Shown here piece by piece: positions 1 to 14,153 of a DNA stretch of 56,258 nucleotides. Source of the DNA: Paraspadella gotoi (lineage: Eukaryota > Animalia > Chaetognatha); the NCBI GenBank assembly GCA_051294375.1, contig CM119264.1, forward strand, positions 11,697,027 through 11,753,284. Reading direction: 5' to 3'. Position numbers and translations under genes: made by a program. Below the pieces are notes generated by a model that worked only from the letters and a program-made list of their open reading frames with translations, was not told the DNA's origin and searched no databases. Each line of letters starts with the position of its first letter. Position 1 is the first letter of the stretch.

Positions 1-1
1 A

Positions 2-780
2 GCTTCGGATCAGGCTGTAACACCATGTTACAGTTGGGTTTAGCCCCCCGACCCTTTTAACTGCGAGGGGACCACCGGGCTAGAACCCCAGACCGACTTG
101 CCTCCGGCACCAATGGCCGCTGATGAACGGTTGGTGGATTTTAGTCCACCATAATAATATTATTAATATTAATATTAATATTAATTCCGACCACCCAGTC
201 TCTAACCCGTCTCACTTACCCGGAACATCCTAACCCAACCCTCCTGAGAAACGAAGCTTCGATTCTTTTTTTCTCTTTTTTTTTNNNNNNNNNNNNNNNN
301 NNNNNNNNNNNNNNNNNNNNNNNNNNNNNNNNNNNNNNNNNNNNNNNNNNNNNNNNNNNNNNNNNNNNNNNNNNNNNNNNNNNNNNNNNNNNNNNNNNNN
401 NNNNNNNNNNNNNNNNNNNNNNNNNNNNNNNNNNNNNNNNNNNNNNNNNNNNNNNNNNNNNNNNNNNNNNNNNGAAATGCGGGGAGGAACGGGATCTTGG
501 TGAGGAGAAAAAAAAGTAAGGAAAGGTTCGGAAGCGAAGGAAAATAGGAGGAGGAAACTGAGCGAAGAAAAAAAAGGGTGGAACGGTGGGTAAGGACTCC
601 TTACTAAAAACTACGTGGAAAGGAAAACGGAAAGAAAAAAATATCACAAGAAGAGGAAAAGGAGGAAAAAGAAAGAAACACGGAGCCAAATAGTAATAGA
701 GATATAACCATTTACATATTCCGCTTCTGCCCTCCGAAGAACTCGCGCGGCCCGAAGACCGAAGAGCAAAAAAAAAAAAG
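2..780 (-). repeat. Inverted duplicate of ~1962-2676, containing N-gap 285-473
   Basis: gcttcggatcaggctg (2-17) is the reverse complement of cagcctgatccgaagc (2661-2676). The match continues to ~780 with small indels. Confidence 0.9.
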
Positions 781-974
781 TCTCTTACATTTTATCGCCT
801 ATGTGTCGAGGTTCTCCTCCGGCGATTGCCCTGCGCCCCCTCCTCACCTCATCGCCTCCGACGGAGTCAGTGAATTGTTTCTTCACCAGCGTCACAGAGA
901 AAACTCGATAACTTCATTACCGTTTTATTTGATGATACCTCCCTCGTCACAATGGCCCTCGCCATAAGGGGTGA

Positions 975-1042
<68 letters not shown>

Positions 1043-1258
1043 CGAAGAGAGAGAGAGAGGGAGAAGAAGAGAGATGAGAGAGAGGGGGAGAAGATAGAGA
1101 GAGAGAGAGAGGAGAGAGACAAGAAGAGGAGAAAAGCGACATGGAGAGAGAAACAGAGATTGACAGCAGATAAATAAAGAAGAGAGAGAGGGAGAGAGAG
1201 AGAGAGAGAGAAGAGAGAGACGAGAGAGAGAGAGAGAGGGAGAGAGAGAGAGAGAGAG
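975..1258 (+). repeat. (AG)n microsatellite, representative of dozens of AG/CT tracts in the window
   Basis: Direct reading. It explains the ERERER/LSLSLS pseudo-ORFs. Confidence 0.95.
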
Positions 1259-3390
1259 CGTTCACAATCACCGTCGTAAAAACTTAATCGTTCGGTTCTA
1301 GGGAGACATTTTTAAAATGAATCAGCTCCGAGACATGGGATCGTTGGGGGCGAACGAGGTCCGTTCGTCTGGGGTTAAGGGGCCAGATGAGGAATAAAGA
1401 GGTCGAGAGGGAAGATCGTTACAGGGGTTCCTTGAAGAAAGCGGCGAGATTTTTTTTGGGGGAGTCAGTGTTGGTCTCTGAATTTAGTGATGGAAGTTGA
1501 ACAAGTTGACGATCTAAAGAAATTAATAGAATAAAAAGTGTGTTGTTGTCTGATAGTTTTGGTGTTTTGTCGGGAGCACGCCGTGACGGTGTTTGACTTC
1601 CGAAGAACTGAAGCAATCGTTAAAAAGGGTCAATTAGATCATGTTCTAACGAGAGTAAAGCGTTAATGTTGTCGGACGTTTGTCTCAGATTGAAGCAGGT
1701 CAGCTGATCGAGACGTCTCTTCCTATTTTTTTTGAAAAAAAACTGCGGAATTAATCAATAGTTGACTGATTACTGTGCCATCTGTGAGCAGTCGGCTTTT
1801 GACTGCAGAGAAGAAGAGAGGAGAAGAGAGAGACGTTTTTCAAAAAAATCTAAAAAAGTTATACTAATTTTAATTAACTGCACACAATTTCGTATTTTTA
1901 GGGTCGAACGATTGGATCGCAAACTCGCGAAATAATTTTCGCTTGGATGAGAGACATTAGTGTTTTTTTTTTTTTGCTCTTCGGTCTTCGCCCGCGCGAG
2001 TTCTTCGGGGGCAGAAGCGGAATATGTAAATGGTTATATCTCTATTACTATTTGGCTCCGTGTTTCTTTCTTTTTCCTCCTTTTCCTCTTCTTGTGATAT
2101 TTTTTTCTTTCCGTTTTTCCTTTCCACGTAGTTTTGAGTAAGGAGTCCTTACCACACACCGTTCTCCACCCTTTTTTTCTTCGCTCAGTTTCCCTCCTCC
2201 TATTTTCCTTCGCTGACCGAACCTTTCCTTACTTTTTTGCTCCTCACAAGATCCGTTCCTCCCCGCATTTTCGATTGATAATAAATGTTAATGTTTCGTA
2301 TCTTTCCTCTTTCCCCTTCTCGGTCCTAATGCATTACGCATTAAGGCTAAAACGTCGGTCAAACTCCCGATTTTTTCTTCTTTGCCCGAAAAAAAAAAAA
2401 AAGAGAAAAAAAGAATCGAAAGGCTTCGTTTCTCAGAGGGTTGGGTTAGGATGTTCCGGGTAAGTGAGAGCGGTTAGAGACTGGGTGGTTCGGAATTAAT
2501 ATTAATATTAATATTAATAATATTATTATGGTGGACTAATCCGACCACACGTTCAGTCAGCGGCCATTGGTGCCGGAGGCAAGTCGGTCTGGGTTCTAGC
2601 CCGGTGGTCCCCTCGCAGGTAAAAGGGTCGGAAGCTAACCCAACTGTAACATGGTGTGAGCAGCCTGATCCGAAGCATCCAGGTTCTGTCATTAAAACAC
2701 ATATCAATAATTACTGTGCTCTTCATTGATTAACATTAACAATTAAATTTAACAATAGAATTGTATGGGTTAGTTTTCACGAGCGGCCTTAGCTGTTGAG
2801 AAATTTTCATCTTCGTCCTTCGTCGTTCGTTTGGCAATTTGCCTTTGTCTTCAGTTAATTTGACTTTAGAAACCAAACGCGAGAAATAACGAGATTAGCG
2901 GAAAGATCGGAAGTTATGATCCATCATCCAGTCCCTGCCTCCTCGCGCTTGAACCTCTGAATTTATGAGAAAATCTCTCTTTACGAGGAAAAAGAATTCC
3001 ACTCGAAAAGTCAGTAGGAGATGGATCGCGGCGGATGGAATTGTCGTATAACGGACTTTAGGGTCAGATCGCGGATATTTTTCTCGCGGCGAATCATGAT
3101 GACCGGGCGCCGGCATCGCCCGGCGCCGGAAGATTTGATATCGGATGGCAGCCGGACACGTCGAAAACAGCATTGCGTGATATACAAATTGTCAGTCGCC
3201 TCGATCGTGCGGTTCTCCTCCGTCCGCACGTGTATCTCGATGGCCTGAGCCAGACATGTGCGGGCAGCGGGGGATTTTCTAGTGATGCCTGGGATTTAAA
3301 ATGACGAGATAGTGAAGATTTTCATGATGTATCACGATTTTTGAGATGTGATTTTGACGCGTGATTTCGCGTCTGCGTGAGAGATAGACG

Positions 3391-3454
<64 letters not shown>

Positions 3455-5444
3455 TGAGAAGAGAGAGAGAGAGAGAGAGTGAGGACGAAGTCAAGCAACG
3501 ATGTATTTCAGTAAATATGAGAAACGAGCTCTGTTTACAGTAACCATCAAATCCGATATTTATTACGCACGTCAGTCGTCGGTGATTAACTGTTTTTTGC
3601 ATCAGATCAGCTTCTTGGTATCGTCTACCCGTTATTCATGCGGTCTCTTTGCTCTCCTTATGTTGTAGTTCTTGTTCTTGTATTAGCCTACCTAGTTACC
3701 TTTCTGTTAATCTTTTCTCTATCGAAATCTCCAGAAAATTCTTAAGCCGTCAGAACTAATTCCAGCGAATTATTCTTATTCTCTTTTTGCTAGTTCTTTA
3801 CAATTACATTTACATTTAACATTTTTTCTTTTCTTTTTTTGTAACCATGCCATTCTTTCATTTTCTCCTACCACCTTCCATTTTTCTTTTCCTTCCATGC
3901 CATTTCTTTTTCTTCTATTAAGGCATCATATTTTCTCATCTCATCTTCTATTCATCTCATCTCTCATCGTTCTTTTTATCTCCTTGACTTTTCGCGAGAA
4001 GCTCTCCGATTTCCCTTTCTTACGACTTACCCTCTCTATCTGTCGTCCCTCACCTATAATCTATCCGTCTCACCTCACACGATTAACTCCGAGCTCTTTT
4101 TTTTTCTCAATCTTTTTCACCCTCTCACTTATCCAGCGTTTGTTTGTGACCTCACTCGTGCTCTCCAGTAACCAAGCTTTAATTTACAAAATTTTCGTGC
4201 CTCAATTTTTCGTTTTTGATATGAACTTTTTTTTTCTTCACACTAACCAACACTCCTTATACTTCTTTCTCACAACGCATTTTGTCCCCATCACAAAATA
4301 CGTGTGCAGAACTTTTCGTCATTTTCACCCCTTCACTAATTTAGACGCCTCTCATGTTCATCTGCTCCATCCGCTAGTCACTTCTTGGCCAAAGTTTCGT
4401 GGCCTCAAGGATAGCTTCACAAAGATTCTTCATCGTCCTTCATGAAACTCTCTTCATTCAGAGAAACCGAAGCGAAAGAAGAGAGAGAGAGAGAGGAAGA
4501 GAGAGAGAGAGAGAGAGGAGAGGAGAGAGAGAGGATAAAAATGACAGAAATGAGACACAGCTCGACGATCCCAAGGAAAGATCGCTAGACCGCAACGATT
4601 ATCATATTTAAAAACAGTGTAAATTAATAAACTGATACGGGCAAGTGCAAGAAGGAGGAGGGAGAGAGAGAGAGTGAGAAGAGAGAGAGAGAGAGATGGG
4701 GAGAGAGAGAGAGAGGAGAGAGAAGTGAGCAAGAAGAGATGTAGATCAGGTCGAATGAAATAACTATTAAAACTTGGCGAAAGGATCAAGGAAAAGGGTC
4801 TGCGAGAAAGACCGCTAACAAATAATCTGCGGAATAAACTCAGATAGCTATACGACTTTTGAAAAAAACCAAACTATTGGCCGGGAGACGCAAGTTCACG
4901 TGGCAACAGCGCACCTAGGTGAGATTATGGCGGCCCTCCGCGCAAAGTTGCCGTGTGAACGACGCGAGGCCTAGCGTGGTTGCTGCGTGCCAGACCTCCG
5001 TGGGAAAGCGCGCCAGGTCGCGCCACCCGCGGCGGCTCGTCAGCCGCTCGTAAAGCGAAGCGGCTGCGCCGCCGCCGGCGGGTCAAGGCGGCGCTCTCGA
5101 AGAGAAATTTATCCTGCAGCTGTTTGTGGCGAAGGATTTGGGAAGGGAGATTTCGTGTTGCTGCGGCTTTTTAATTTAATTAGACTTGTTAAAAAATTGA
5201 CAAAAAATTTCAAGAAATCCCTGGAAATGGTCTGCTAAACTGTTTATATACTGGCTTAAATTTTTATAAAAGTTTATGTTTGGAGTTTCTGGAGTCAGGT
5301 AAACAGTAGAAAAACTTGAAAGATGATCTTCTCTCATCATCAATTTCTGTTTGCAAAGTCGAGGCAAATTGAGAAAGAAAAAAAGACTGCTCAATGAAAA
5401 GAGATGAGAGGAGGAGGAGAGAGGGAGAGAAGCACGAAGAGAGG

Positions 5445-5480
<36 letters not shown>

Positions 5481-8400
5481 GAAGAAGAGAGAGAGAGAGA
5501 GAAAGAACGACAAGAGGAGAAAGATAGAGGAAAGAGAGAGAGAAAGAGACTAAAAGAGAGAGATTGATGAATTGTGCTTTATGGGCGATAATTACAGAAT
5601 TTCCTCGCGGATTCCATCAAAGCAATTGTTTGTACTTTGGGTCATCTCTGCTCTGCTGTTTGCCCCGTCTTATCAGGGTTTTCAATTGGCCAGTTGATTT
5701 CATCGGCGTTTTTTTTTACTCTTCTAACCTCCCATTGTTCCCCTTTAAACTGTCCAACACAAACCTTTGCCGTTACCGCGATGCGCAAACGCAGTCCTAC
5801 CAGATTCCATCTCCGACCAAATCGTGAAAGAAAGATTATATGCATTCGACACGATCGAACCCCCTCAGATAGCGACGATCCCGTCCGTCACGGACGCTTT
5901 ACACTAAAAAACTCGGGCGTCAGCGACAGCAGCGTTTTCAACCTTCTCGCTACACGATGACCGGAGTCATGACCAACTTTGGTTCTGTGAGGTCCGATAG
6001 CCACAGCGGGTTACCGGTCCAATCCCCTTCTACTTACACTCAGGTCTGACCAACCAGGGACGACATGATTGATTACCACTTAGCCTGGCGCGGGAAAAAG
6101 TAAATCTTGTAAGGAACCTCGCTCACCCAACCCAAAATTATTGATCGCCACTCGGTTTCAGAATCCTTTGCATCGGAAATTCTTGAGTTTTAGTTACTTA
6201 AATAACCCGGCAGGGGCGCCCTAAACTGTTCCCAACGTTTTCATGCACCCGGACCACATTAACCCAAACATTACCCGGCCCATACCCCACCCCAGTCCCG
6301 GACGCCATTCCGCCGCCCCGCGCCGCTTCTCAATACGTTTAGTTAAAAGACCTCGAGAGAGAAAATTAGATCGCGTGGCACAAAAGAAACAAGTAGGAAT
6401 CTATTGAGCGGTTGGACTGACGATGAGGGGCGGGAGCGCGCGCGAGGAAACAATGGTGGGGGAGCAGGGGAACTGAAGTAATAACAATAAGAAACATATA
6501 AACAAAATATCACAGAATTGTGGGCTGATTACGATTGACTCTAGGTTGCATTAACCAGAGAAAAAAAAATGAGCGTAACCATACAAGGTTTAACATAAAC
6601 CTTAATATATTTTAGTGCTGTAAATAATACTTATATATAAAGAATAAATCTAACTAAATATTCTATATATGTCTTAATTGTTTACTTTAATTTTAAATCA
6701 CTAAGAAGTTAATTTATTTTATTTTATTTTATAGGTTTATTTATTAGTATTTAGTGAAAACTGTATGGTGATTATATAGAAAACAACCTCTTTGCTTTCC
6801 GTTTACTCCGTTGGGCATAAGTTCTAATCTTGCGAAATATGCCCGACAGAAAGGAAATTGAACTGAATTCGAAGTTGACGTTTTAAGAGTTTGTTCTTGA
6901 ACCGCTGTTTTTCGATAAATTATCATTAGCGTCTTAAGTACAAAATAGGAAAAAAAATGGATCAACGCAAAAAGCTTCTTCTATACTTAGAACATCTATT
7001 TTATTGAGTTATTATAAAGTTTATTTTAACATTAAAGTTTGGATGATATATTGAATGACATTTTCAAGAATTTGCTTTAGTTAAAAGTGAATCCAGTTGC
7101 GAATAGTATAGTATTGGATAGTATTAGTGATGAAAGTATGATTTTGTATGAATCGACTTCGTTTGTTGGTTGTTATCATTTCGTCTGAGAGTCTAGACAA
7201 AGACATCAGTTTCACCTAATGGCTTTCTAAGCTTACGCTTCGTGACCTCGCCAAAAAAAAAGAGTCTCGCCATTTTCACTCACGATCGAAGAGGACGAGA
7301 AATTCGTGAAGAGCGGATAAGCAACTGGCGAGTGTTGACACATGCTTATTGGGCATCAATAAAATTTTAAGAAAGGACAAAGGAATAGTTCTTTGACCTT
7401 ATCGAATGTCTAAAAAAACAAACAGAATAAAGACCGTAATAACAATTACAAATACAAGCAAGTACTGTTTTTTGGAATGCAGAGTCAATACTATTTCTCG
7501 ACTTTCTTCCTTTTTTTTTCGATCCCTGTTCCGCTTCTTTATCCACAGACCTTCTTCCGTCTTCTGCTTGCTGTCTCTCTTTGTTGACCTTTTTTTCCCC
7601 TTCATTCTTAAAACATTTCCTCTTTTCTTACCTTTCCTCTGCTTTTTGCTTCAGTTAAACAACCTTTCGCAATTTTTACTTTAATTCTCCATCACAAGGA
7701 GATCCCACGACGGTTACTGATCAATTTGAATACTATTTTCATTTACGTGGCAAAATAATCACCAAATAATGAAAAAATCTTGGAGTCCTCTCATTTCTAT
7801 TGCAAAATCAAGTTTTTGCCCTCAATAGCAAGAGAAAGTTCAGATCGCTTTTTCAAGTCTTTTTGATTTTTAAAAATCTCTGAGGTTCTGGTTTTCTGCC
7901 TTTAACTTCACTCTCTGCCGATCAAGCAGGTCTTGTCTAATTATAATTTGTTTATAAGCTGCGAAAAAGATAGGGCTTCCAATTTTGTAGCCCGTCAGCT
8001 ATTGACTAGATGACTAATGACATTTAGCAAGAAACTCTAAAAAAAAGGGAGTGCAAATCAAAGTTAAAGTTTTGTTTTTAAGGAAAATTTAAAAAAAATT
8101 AAGATTATTTCTCGCCGGAAAAAAATGTCAAGTTTTTACACCTAGTAAATATAGAAGTTTATTGGACAGAGCGCAAAAATAATTTTAAGGACTTTTCTAA
8201 TCTATTAAAATCTCTATCATGACCAATGAGATATATTCATATAGGCGCTGTTGCCATTTTTCTGAGGCCGTTCCCCGTGGATCTCCTTGTACTCTTCCTC
8301 CTTCCTTCTCCGTCTCTTCCCGTCTCTCTTCTCCCTCTCTTTTCCTTCCTCGTTACCAAACAATTCCTCGTTTTAGATTAGCTATGCTCCTGTTGCTTTC

Positions 8401-9389
8401 CTTCTACATCTATTCTTTTTGTTTTCCTTCGCTCGCGGTAAACAAGACATTACCTTCCTTGTCTTTCTTTTGCCTCACAGTCTCCAACTCGCTTCCTTTT
8501 TCTCTCTCTTAAAATATCTTCTTATTGGGTGCACTGGAATCAGGCCATGTAAGGGCGTTTTAAACGTCAGTAGTATCGATGTCGATAGTCCGTTTTTGGT
8601 CGGGTCCTATGTGACCCCGTCCGCGCTCCTGTAACTGGACATCATTTCTAGCTTGAAAGTCGTAAACGTCTCCAATGCGTATTTTAAGATGCCCAACTCG
8701 CCTATCTCTCTCCTCTCTCTCTCTCTCGTCTCTCTCCTCTTCTCTCTCTCTCTCTCTCTCTCTGCTCTCGTCTGCGTGTCCCGCGCTTTTGTTATCGCAA
8801 TGCGTAAAATAAAATTAAAAAGAATAAGTGTCGAATTATGGTTGTCATGGATCTAATCATTATTTTTAGCGTTGTGTGAAGCAGATAATTTCCGGGGTCG
8901 AGCTGGAGAATAGAGTGATGTATACTAATTAAAATTTAGAAAATTTAAAAATTTAGCATATAGAACATGAAAATAAAAACCAATAAAAATACTTCGGTAA
9001 ATTTATTTTTAAATTTTATAATTAGTGGGCACAGTGAGCTATATGTATATATAATAATAAGGTGATATAATAGGCTAAACAATTTTAAGATTTTTAAGAG
9101 ATTGTATATTTTCTTTTGATCAACTCTTAATGGAGCAATCTGAATCTGTTCTCAGACAGTAAAGAATAAAAACATTTTGAAATTTTGACATTATAAGGTG
9201 AGGTTGAATGATATTACAAAAATAAGCTGATGCGGCTACTATATTTATGAAAAAGGGAAAATAACTACAAATTAGTATTCACTAATTATAATAGTTTTTA
9301 AGATTATAACTGCTAAATTTTGATTCTAAACTTTCACTTCATCTAAGGAGAATCAGTTCTAAAAACAGCCACTGGCGTGATCTCAGAAA

Positions 9390-9856
9390 TCAAAATGGCA
9401 AAGACAGTGATGTTGCGTTCCTTTTAAAGGGATTCCTATTCGATAAACTCGCTGCAGGACGGCGGTGACTGTCATGAGAGGAACTCCGTCGACTCGTCTG
9501 GTCGTCGTTCATTGCAACGGTTCTATTCAGCATTATATTCTGATTCGATACCATTTTGCACTCTTTGTTTTTTGAATTCCAGTGATTGTGATAATTTAAG
9601 CTGGATGACGTACAAGTCCAGACAAGGAGTTCGAGACAGAGTTCTTGGCAAGATTAAAATTTCTAAAAATCTAGAAAGTTGGAGTAAAGTGTAGCGATCT
9701 TTGGATGATCTGAGAGAAGGAGCATTCTCGAAGCCATGAAATGCGACGTCGACTTGTGACTCCATGAAATGTGATGTGAAAAAAAGCAGGTGGCGCGAAC
9801 GGGTTTATCATTGGGATGCGAAGGAGTCCTCCCGGGAAGAGTGATGCATCTTTCGG
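9390..9856 (-). CDS. Candidate exon with PAN/apple-like Cys motif, interrupted by in-frame TAG (9665-9663) and TAA (9656-9654)
   Basis: Acceptor tttctcag| gives a phase-1 start at 9856. The frame reads ...ATCFFSHH...NFLDF*KF*SCQELCLELLVWTCTSSSLNYHNHWNSKNKECKM... and is otherwise open to TGA 9392-9390. The domain call is by eye only. Confidence 0.3.
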
Positions 9857-9947
9857 CTGAGAAATTATACAAAGAAAAGATGACAATTAATGTGGCAGCC
9901 AGTGCGTAATAATTAAATAAGGATAATTTGTTAGGAAAAATATAATG

Positions 9948-10345
9948 TAGATAGTGATAGATAGAATACGAAGAAGATAGATAGATAGATAGTGATAGAT
10001 AGCATAGTTAGAAGATAGATAGTAGATATCAGAAATAGATAGATAGATAGATAGATACATAGAATAGGATAACATAGATAGATGAGATAGATAGATAGAT
10101 AGATAGATAGATAGCATAGATAGATAGAATAGATAGATAGATAGATACACTAGATAAGATAGATAGACAGACTACATTAGATACTAGATTAGTAATAGAT
10201 AGATAGAGTGGATAGCACTAGATAGATAGATAGACAGAACATCAGATAGATAGATAGATGAGAAGATAGATAATAGATAGATAGATAGATAGATAAGATA
10301 ATGTAGATAGATAGAAGATAAATTAAATTAGATAGATCAGATAAG
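9948..10345 (+). repeat. Degenerate (GATA)n tetranucleotide microsatellite
   Basis: Repeated atagatagatag units. Confidence 0.95.
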
Positions 10346-11314
10346 ATGGAAAACAAATAATAAATATGACGGAAGAGCGATAATGAGATAGAGAGGAGAT
10401 AGCTGCTGGTCCGCCTGCTGAGCTTCACTTAGTAGCATCGCCCTAATTTTTCCGATTTTCTCCCGAAATTAACGATACACTCTCGCTCGTCTCATTCCGA
10501 GTAGAATCTTTGAAACCGGCAAAAATTATTCGACGCCTTTTCCAGCTTCCTCTCGCCTCTCTATTCTTTCTGCACTCCTGACTTTCTTACTTACCCCTCA
10601 TTATCCCCTTTTCCCCACCTGTTTCTCTGCACGTTGGCTTAATTTTTCCATCCTCCGCTTCAGATTCTTCTCCCTTCCCGTCACCTTTTCCCTTACTGTC
10701 CCCTTTACAATTCTAAAACTCCTTTATACCTTCTCAAACGAATCCAACAACGGTAAACCCATAATCCTTTCACTTTCTAACCACCCTCTCTCCCTTTGCC
10801 CTCCAATCCTTAACCCACCTCCACCCCCCCCTCCCAAAAGAAAAAAAATATATTCCCATAAAAATAAATTCTCAACGTGGCTTGTCATATTTTTTTTATC
10901 AGGCGATCCTCCCTTAAAACGAAGCTTCGCTGGCGAGACGGTCATAAAAAACAAAGCAAAAACACTCAGATTCCAGAAAGAAAAAAAACAAAAAAACATC
11001 TCTCCTCTTGGNNNNNNNNNNNNNNNNNNNNNNNNNAAAAAAAAGGTTTTAAAATCGATGAAGATGAAATGAGATGAAGAAAAAATGGAAGGGGATGAAA
11101 TAGAAGAAGAGTATTTAAGAAGTTTTATTTAAAAACGAAGTCGACAGGGGAGACTGTGAATCACTGAATCAGTTATCTATTAACTATTCATTGGCGAAGG
11201 TTAACAAGTGTCAAGCGCGGTCGGTTCGGGTCCAAAGCTAATGGATATTTTGAAGAGGGATTAGTCGAGAAGTTTCGTCAGAAGAACTTATAACTTAAAA
11301 TTAAGTTTTATTTC

Positions 11315-11917
11315 TTAAGAGACCACCATAAAGACGCGCCTAAAAACGATTGGATAAAACTGAAACTGAAACTGAAACTGAAATATAACGTACATATAAA
11401 GTTTTTTAACCATGGAGGTTTTCAATCTTTTTCCCTCGAACACAAGACAAATTTTCACAAAGAACTGGTTTAAAGACAAATCCGTCAACATCGATTTGTT
11501 CGCTAACCAGTAAAAACTTAATCTTTTCTCATTGGTCATCCGCACTGTAACACTGTTAATAACATTTTCAAACATTTTCTACCCAAAAACATCATTTATT
11601 CTTTGACATACTAGATGCCCAGCCCCTGTCCCAGCCCCAGCTCTATTTAGATCCCTTGTCTCTACATCGACTACAACGCCCGCCATCTTTCGCCCCACGA
11701 ACTCGAGCGCCCTCCGACTCAATCCTCCGTCCATCGCTCGATTTTCTTCCATCGAAATGAAAACCGCGAGGAGATTCTCGACCTCTCGATCTTCAAATTG
11801 ATTTTCATCTTCTTCTTCCTCCTCCTCCTCTCCTCCTCGTTCTCCTCTTCCCTCCTCCTCCTTGTCATCAGCCGATATCATACTTACGATTGCTTGTTTA
11901 TTCCTCCATTTTACCAT
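11315..11917 (-). CDS. Probable coding segment of unknown product: two same-frame ORFs (112 aa and 86 aa) separated by a single TAG at 11581-11579
   Basis: Acidic tract followed by complex sequence EDENQFEDREVENLLAVF...RINDVFG*KMFENVINSV. The opposite-strand frame looks like a Ser-rich shadow. No recognisable domain. Confidence 0.35.
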
Positions 11918-13039
11918 TTTTCTTTCTTCTCTCTTCGATCTTCTTCACCTTTTTTCGGTCTTTTTTTTTTCCTCTCGCATATCACTAACGGATATAATAT
12001 TCCCTTTTTGTCCCGCTAATGATTCCTTGTCATATCCAACCGTTCGAATCTTTTTCTTCCTTGTCTCTTGATATTTCCCATCGGTTTTCGGTCTTTCGTT
12101 TAGTCACGTTCTCGGTTTCTGTGTTTACTGTATTTTCAGTTGTCTTGAATTTTGTGAGCATTGATTTCCCATCCTTGACGTATTGGTAATTAATTTCCCT
12201 GCCCTTCCTTTCCTTGAGATTATTTCCCGTACTTCTCTCAAAAATTTCCTTCTTTTTTTATATTCTTTTTTTTCTCTCCTTTCCTTGTCGTTTCTTGTCT
12301 CTTCTATACTTTTGTTTCTTTTTTTTTTTCATTTATTTCTACTCCTTTTTTATACTTCCTCTCCTATTTTTTCTTCTCCTCTCTTTTATTTTCCTCTTCT
12401 TTCTTTTCATTTTCATTCGATTCTTTCCTCTCCATCCTCTCCATTTTCTTCCTTACCCTTCCTTACCCTTCCCGCCCTTTCTTACCCCTTTCCTTTTCTC
12501 TCACCCCGACCGCGGGTTCGGCCGTTTGAGGATGACTCGCTCTTTGGGTAATGAGTTGTTATAATGATCCTTTTTTTTGGGAACGGAAGGGAAAAAAATA
12601 TTAACATCTCTCTCTCTCTCTCTCTCTCCCTCCACAACACTCGGCCCGTAATTCTCTCTCGGAGAAAGCGAGAGTTTATCGTTTTCTTAAAACTCTCGAA
12701 CCACTTAGGCGAACAACCTTTCATAATTACATTACCATTTTGAAAAGTTTCCCAATCAACTCAACGACGGCGAAACCAAACAAAAAAAAAAAAAAAAGAA
12801 AAGGAACTGAAGATGATGGTGGACAATTTCCGCCCCTCCCCCTTCCGCCCCCTCTTTCGTCGAAGAACTCCCTTTTCTCTGCCCGACGTTCCATACCCGA
12901 CCCTCGAAAATCCTCACCAAGAGGATCATTCGGCAGCGCGTCGTTTCGAAAGCCTTACCTCCTCTCCGGCGCTATTCATTCGACTCGCATGAGCCTCCTC
13001 GTCTCTCTCTCTCTCTCTTCCTCATCTCTCTCTTCTCTT

Positions 13040-13077
<38 letters not shown>

Positions 13078-13249
13078 GTTATGCTAATACGGTCGACTTA
13101 AAGTAGCAGTTAAGCATAAACGAAGCGAACGCCCGAAGGGCGACAACGCAAAATGGCATTATTCTAAGACATAACGAACTGAACAAGATGAGGAAAGAGG
13201 GAGGAGACAAAAGAGGAGAAGGCAGAATCGTTCTCTCTCTCCTCTCTCT

Positions 13250-13294
<45 letters not shown>

Positions 13295-14106
13295 TTGCTA
13301 ATAACGGTCGACTTAAAGTAGCAGTTAAGCATAAACGAAGCGAACGCCCGAAGGCGACAACAAAAATGGCAAATTCTAAGACAAATAACGACTGAACAAG
13401 ATGAGGAAAGAGGGAGGAAACAAAAGAGGAGAAGGCAGGATCGTTTCTCTCTCTTTCTCCCTCTCCTTTCTCTGTCTCCTCCTCCTCTCCTCTCTCTCTC
13501 TCCTCTCTCTCTCTCTCGTTATGCTAATACGGATCGAACTTAAAGTAGCAGTTAAGCATAAACGAAGCGAACGCCCGAAGGCGACAATCAAAAATGGCAA
13601 TTCTAAGACATAAACGACTGAACAAGATGAGGAAAGAAGGAGAGAAAAAGCAGAGAAAGGCAAGATCGTTTCTCTCTCTTTTCTCCCTCTCTCTCATCTT
13701 CTCTCTCTCTCCTTCTCTCTCTCCTCCTTCTCTCTGTCTCTCTCTCTCTCTCTTCTCTCTCGTCTTATGCTAATACGGTCTTAATAGTAGCAGTTTAAGC
13801 ATAAACGAATGCGAAACGCCCGAAGGCGACAAAAAAATGGCAATTCTTAAGACAATTCGACGATACAAGAGAGGAAAAGGGGGAGACAAAGAGGAGAAGG
13901 CAGGATCGTTTCTCTCTCTTTCTCTCCTCTCTCTCTCTCTCCTTCTCTTCTCTTTCTTTTCTCTCTCTCTCCTCTTCTCTCTCTCTCTCTCTTCTTATTT
14001 CTTTAGTTTTTTCTTTTTGTCCTCCCCGGCGCGCCCGCAAAATGGCAATTCTAAGCGTGCTTGTATGAAACGTGAGAGAAGAGAACCAGGCGCGTTCTCT
14101 CTCTCT

Positions 14107-14153
<47 letters not shown>

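Noticed and set aside
5620-5700. GPCR TM4-like peptide QLFVLWVISALLFAP
   Set aside because: Isolated short match followed by TGA, with no other rhodopsin-family motifs nearby.
6415-6455. Hammerhead ribozyme-like CTGACGA...GAAA (also ctgatga at ~120)
   Set aside because: Stem II cannot be closed and flanking stems are absent. The ~120 motif is not preserved in the duplicate copy.
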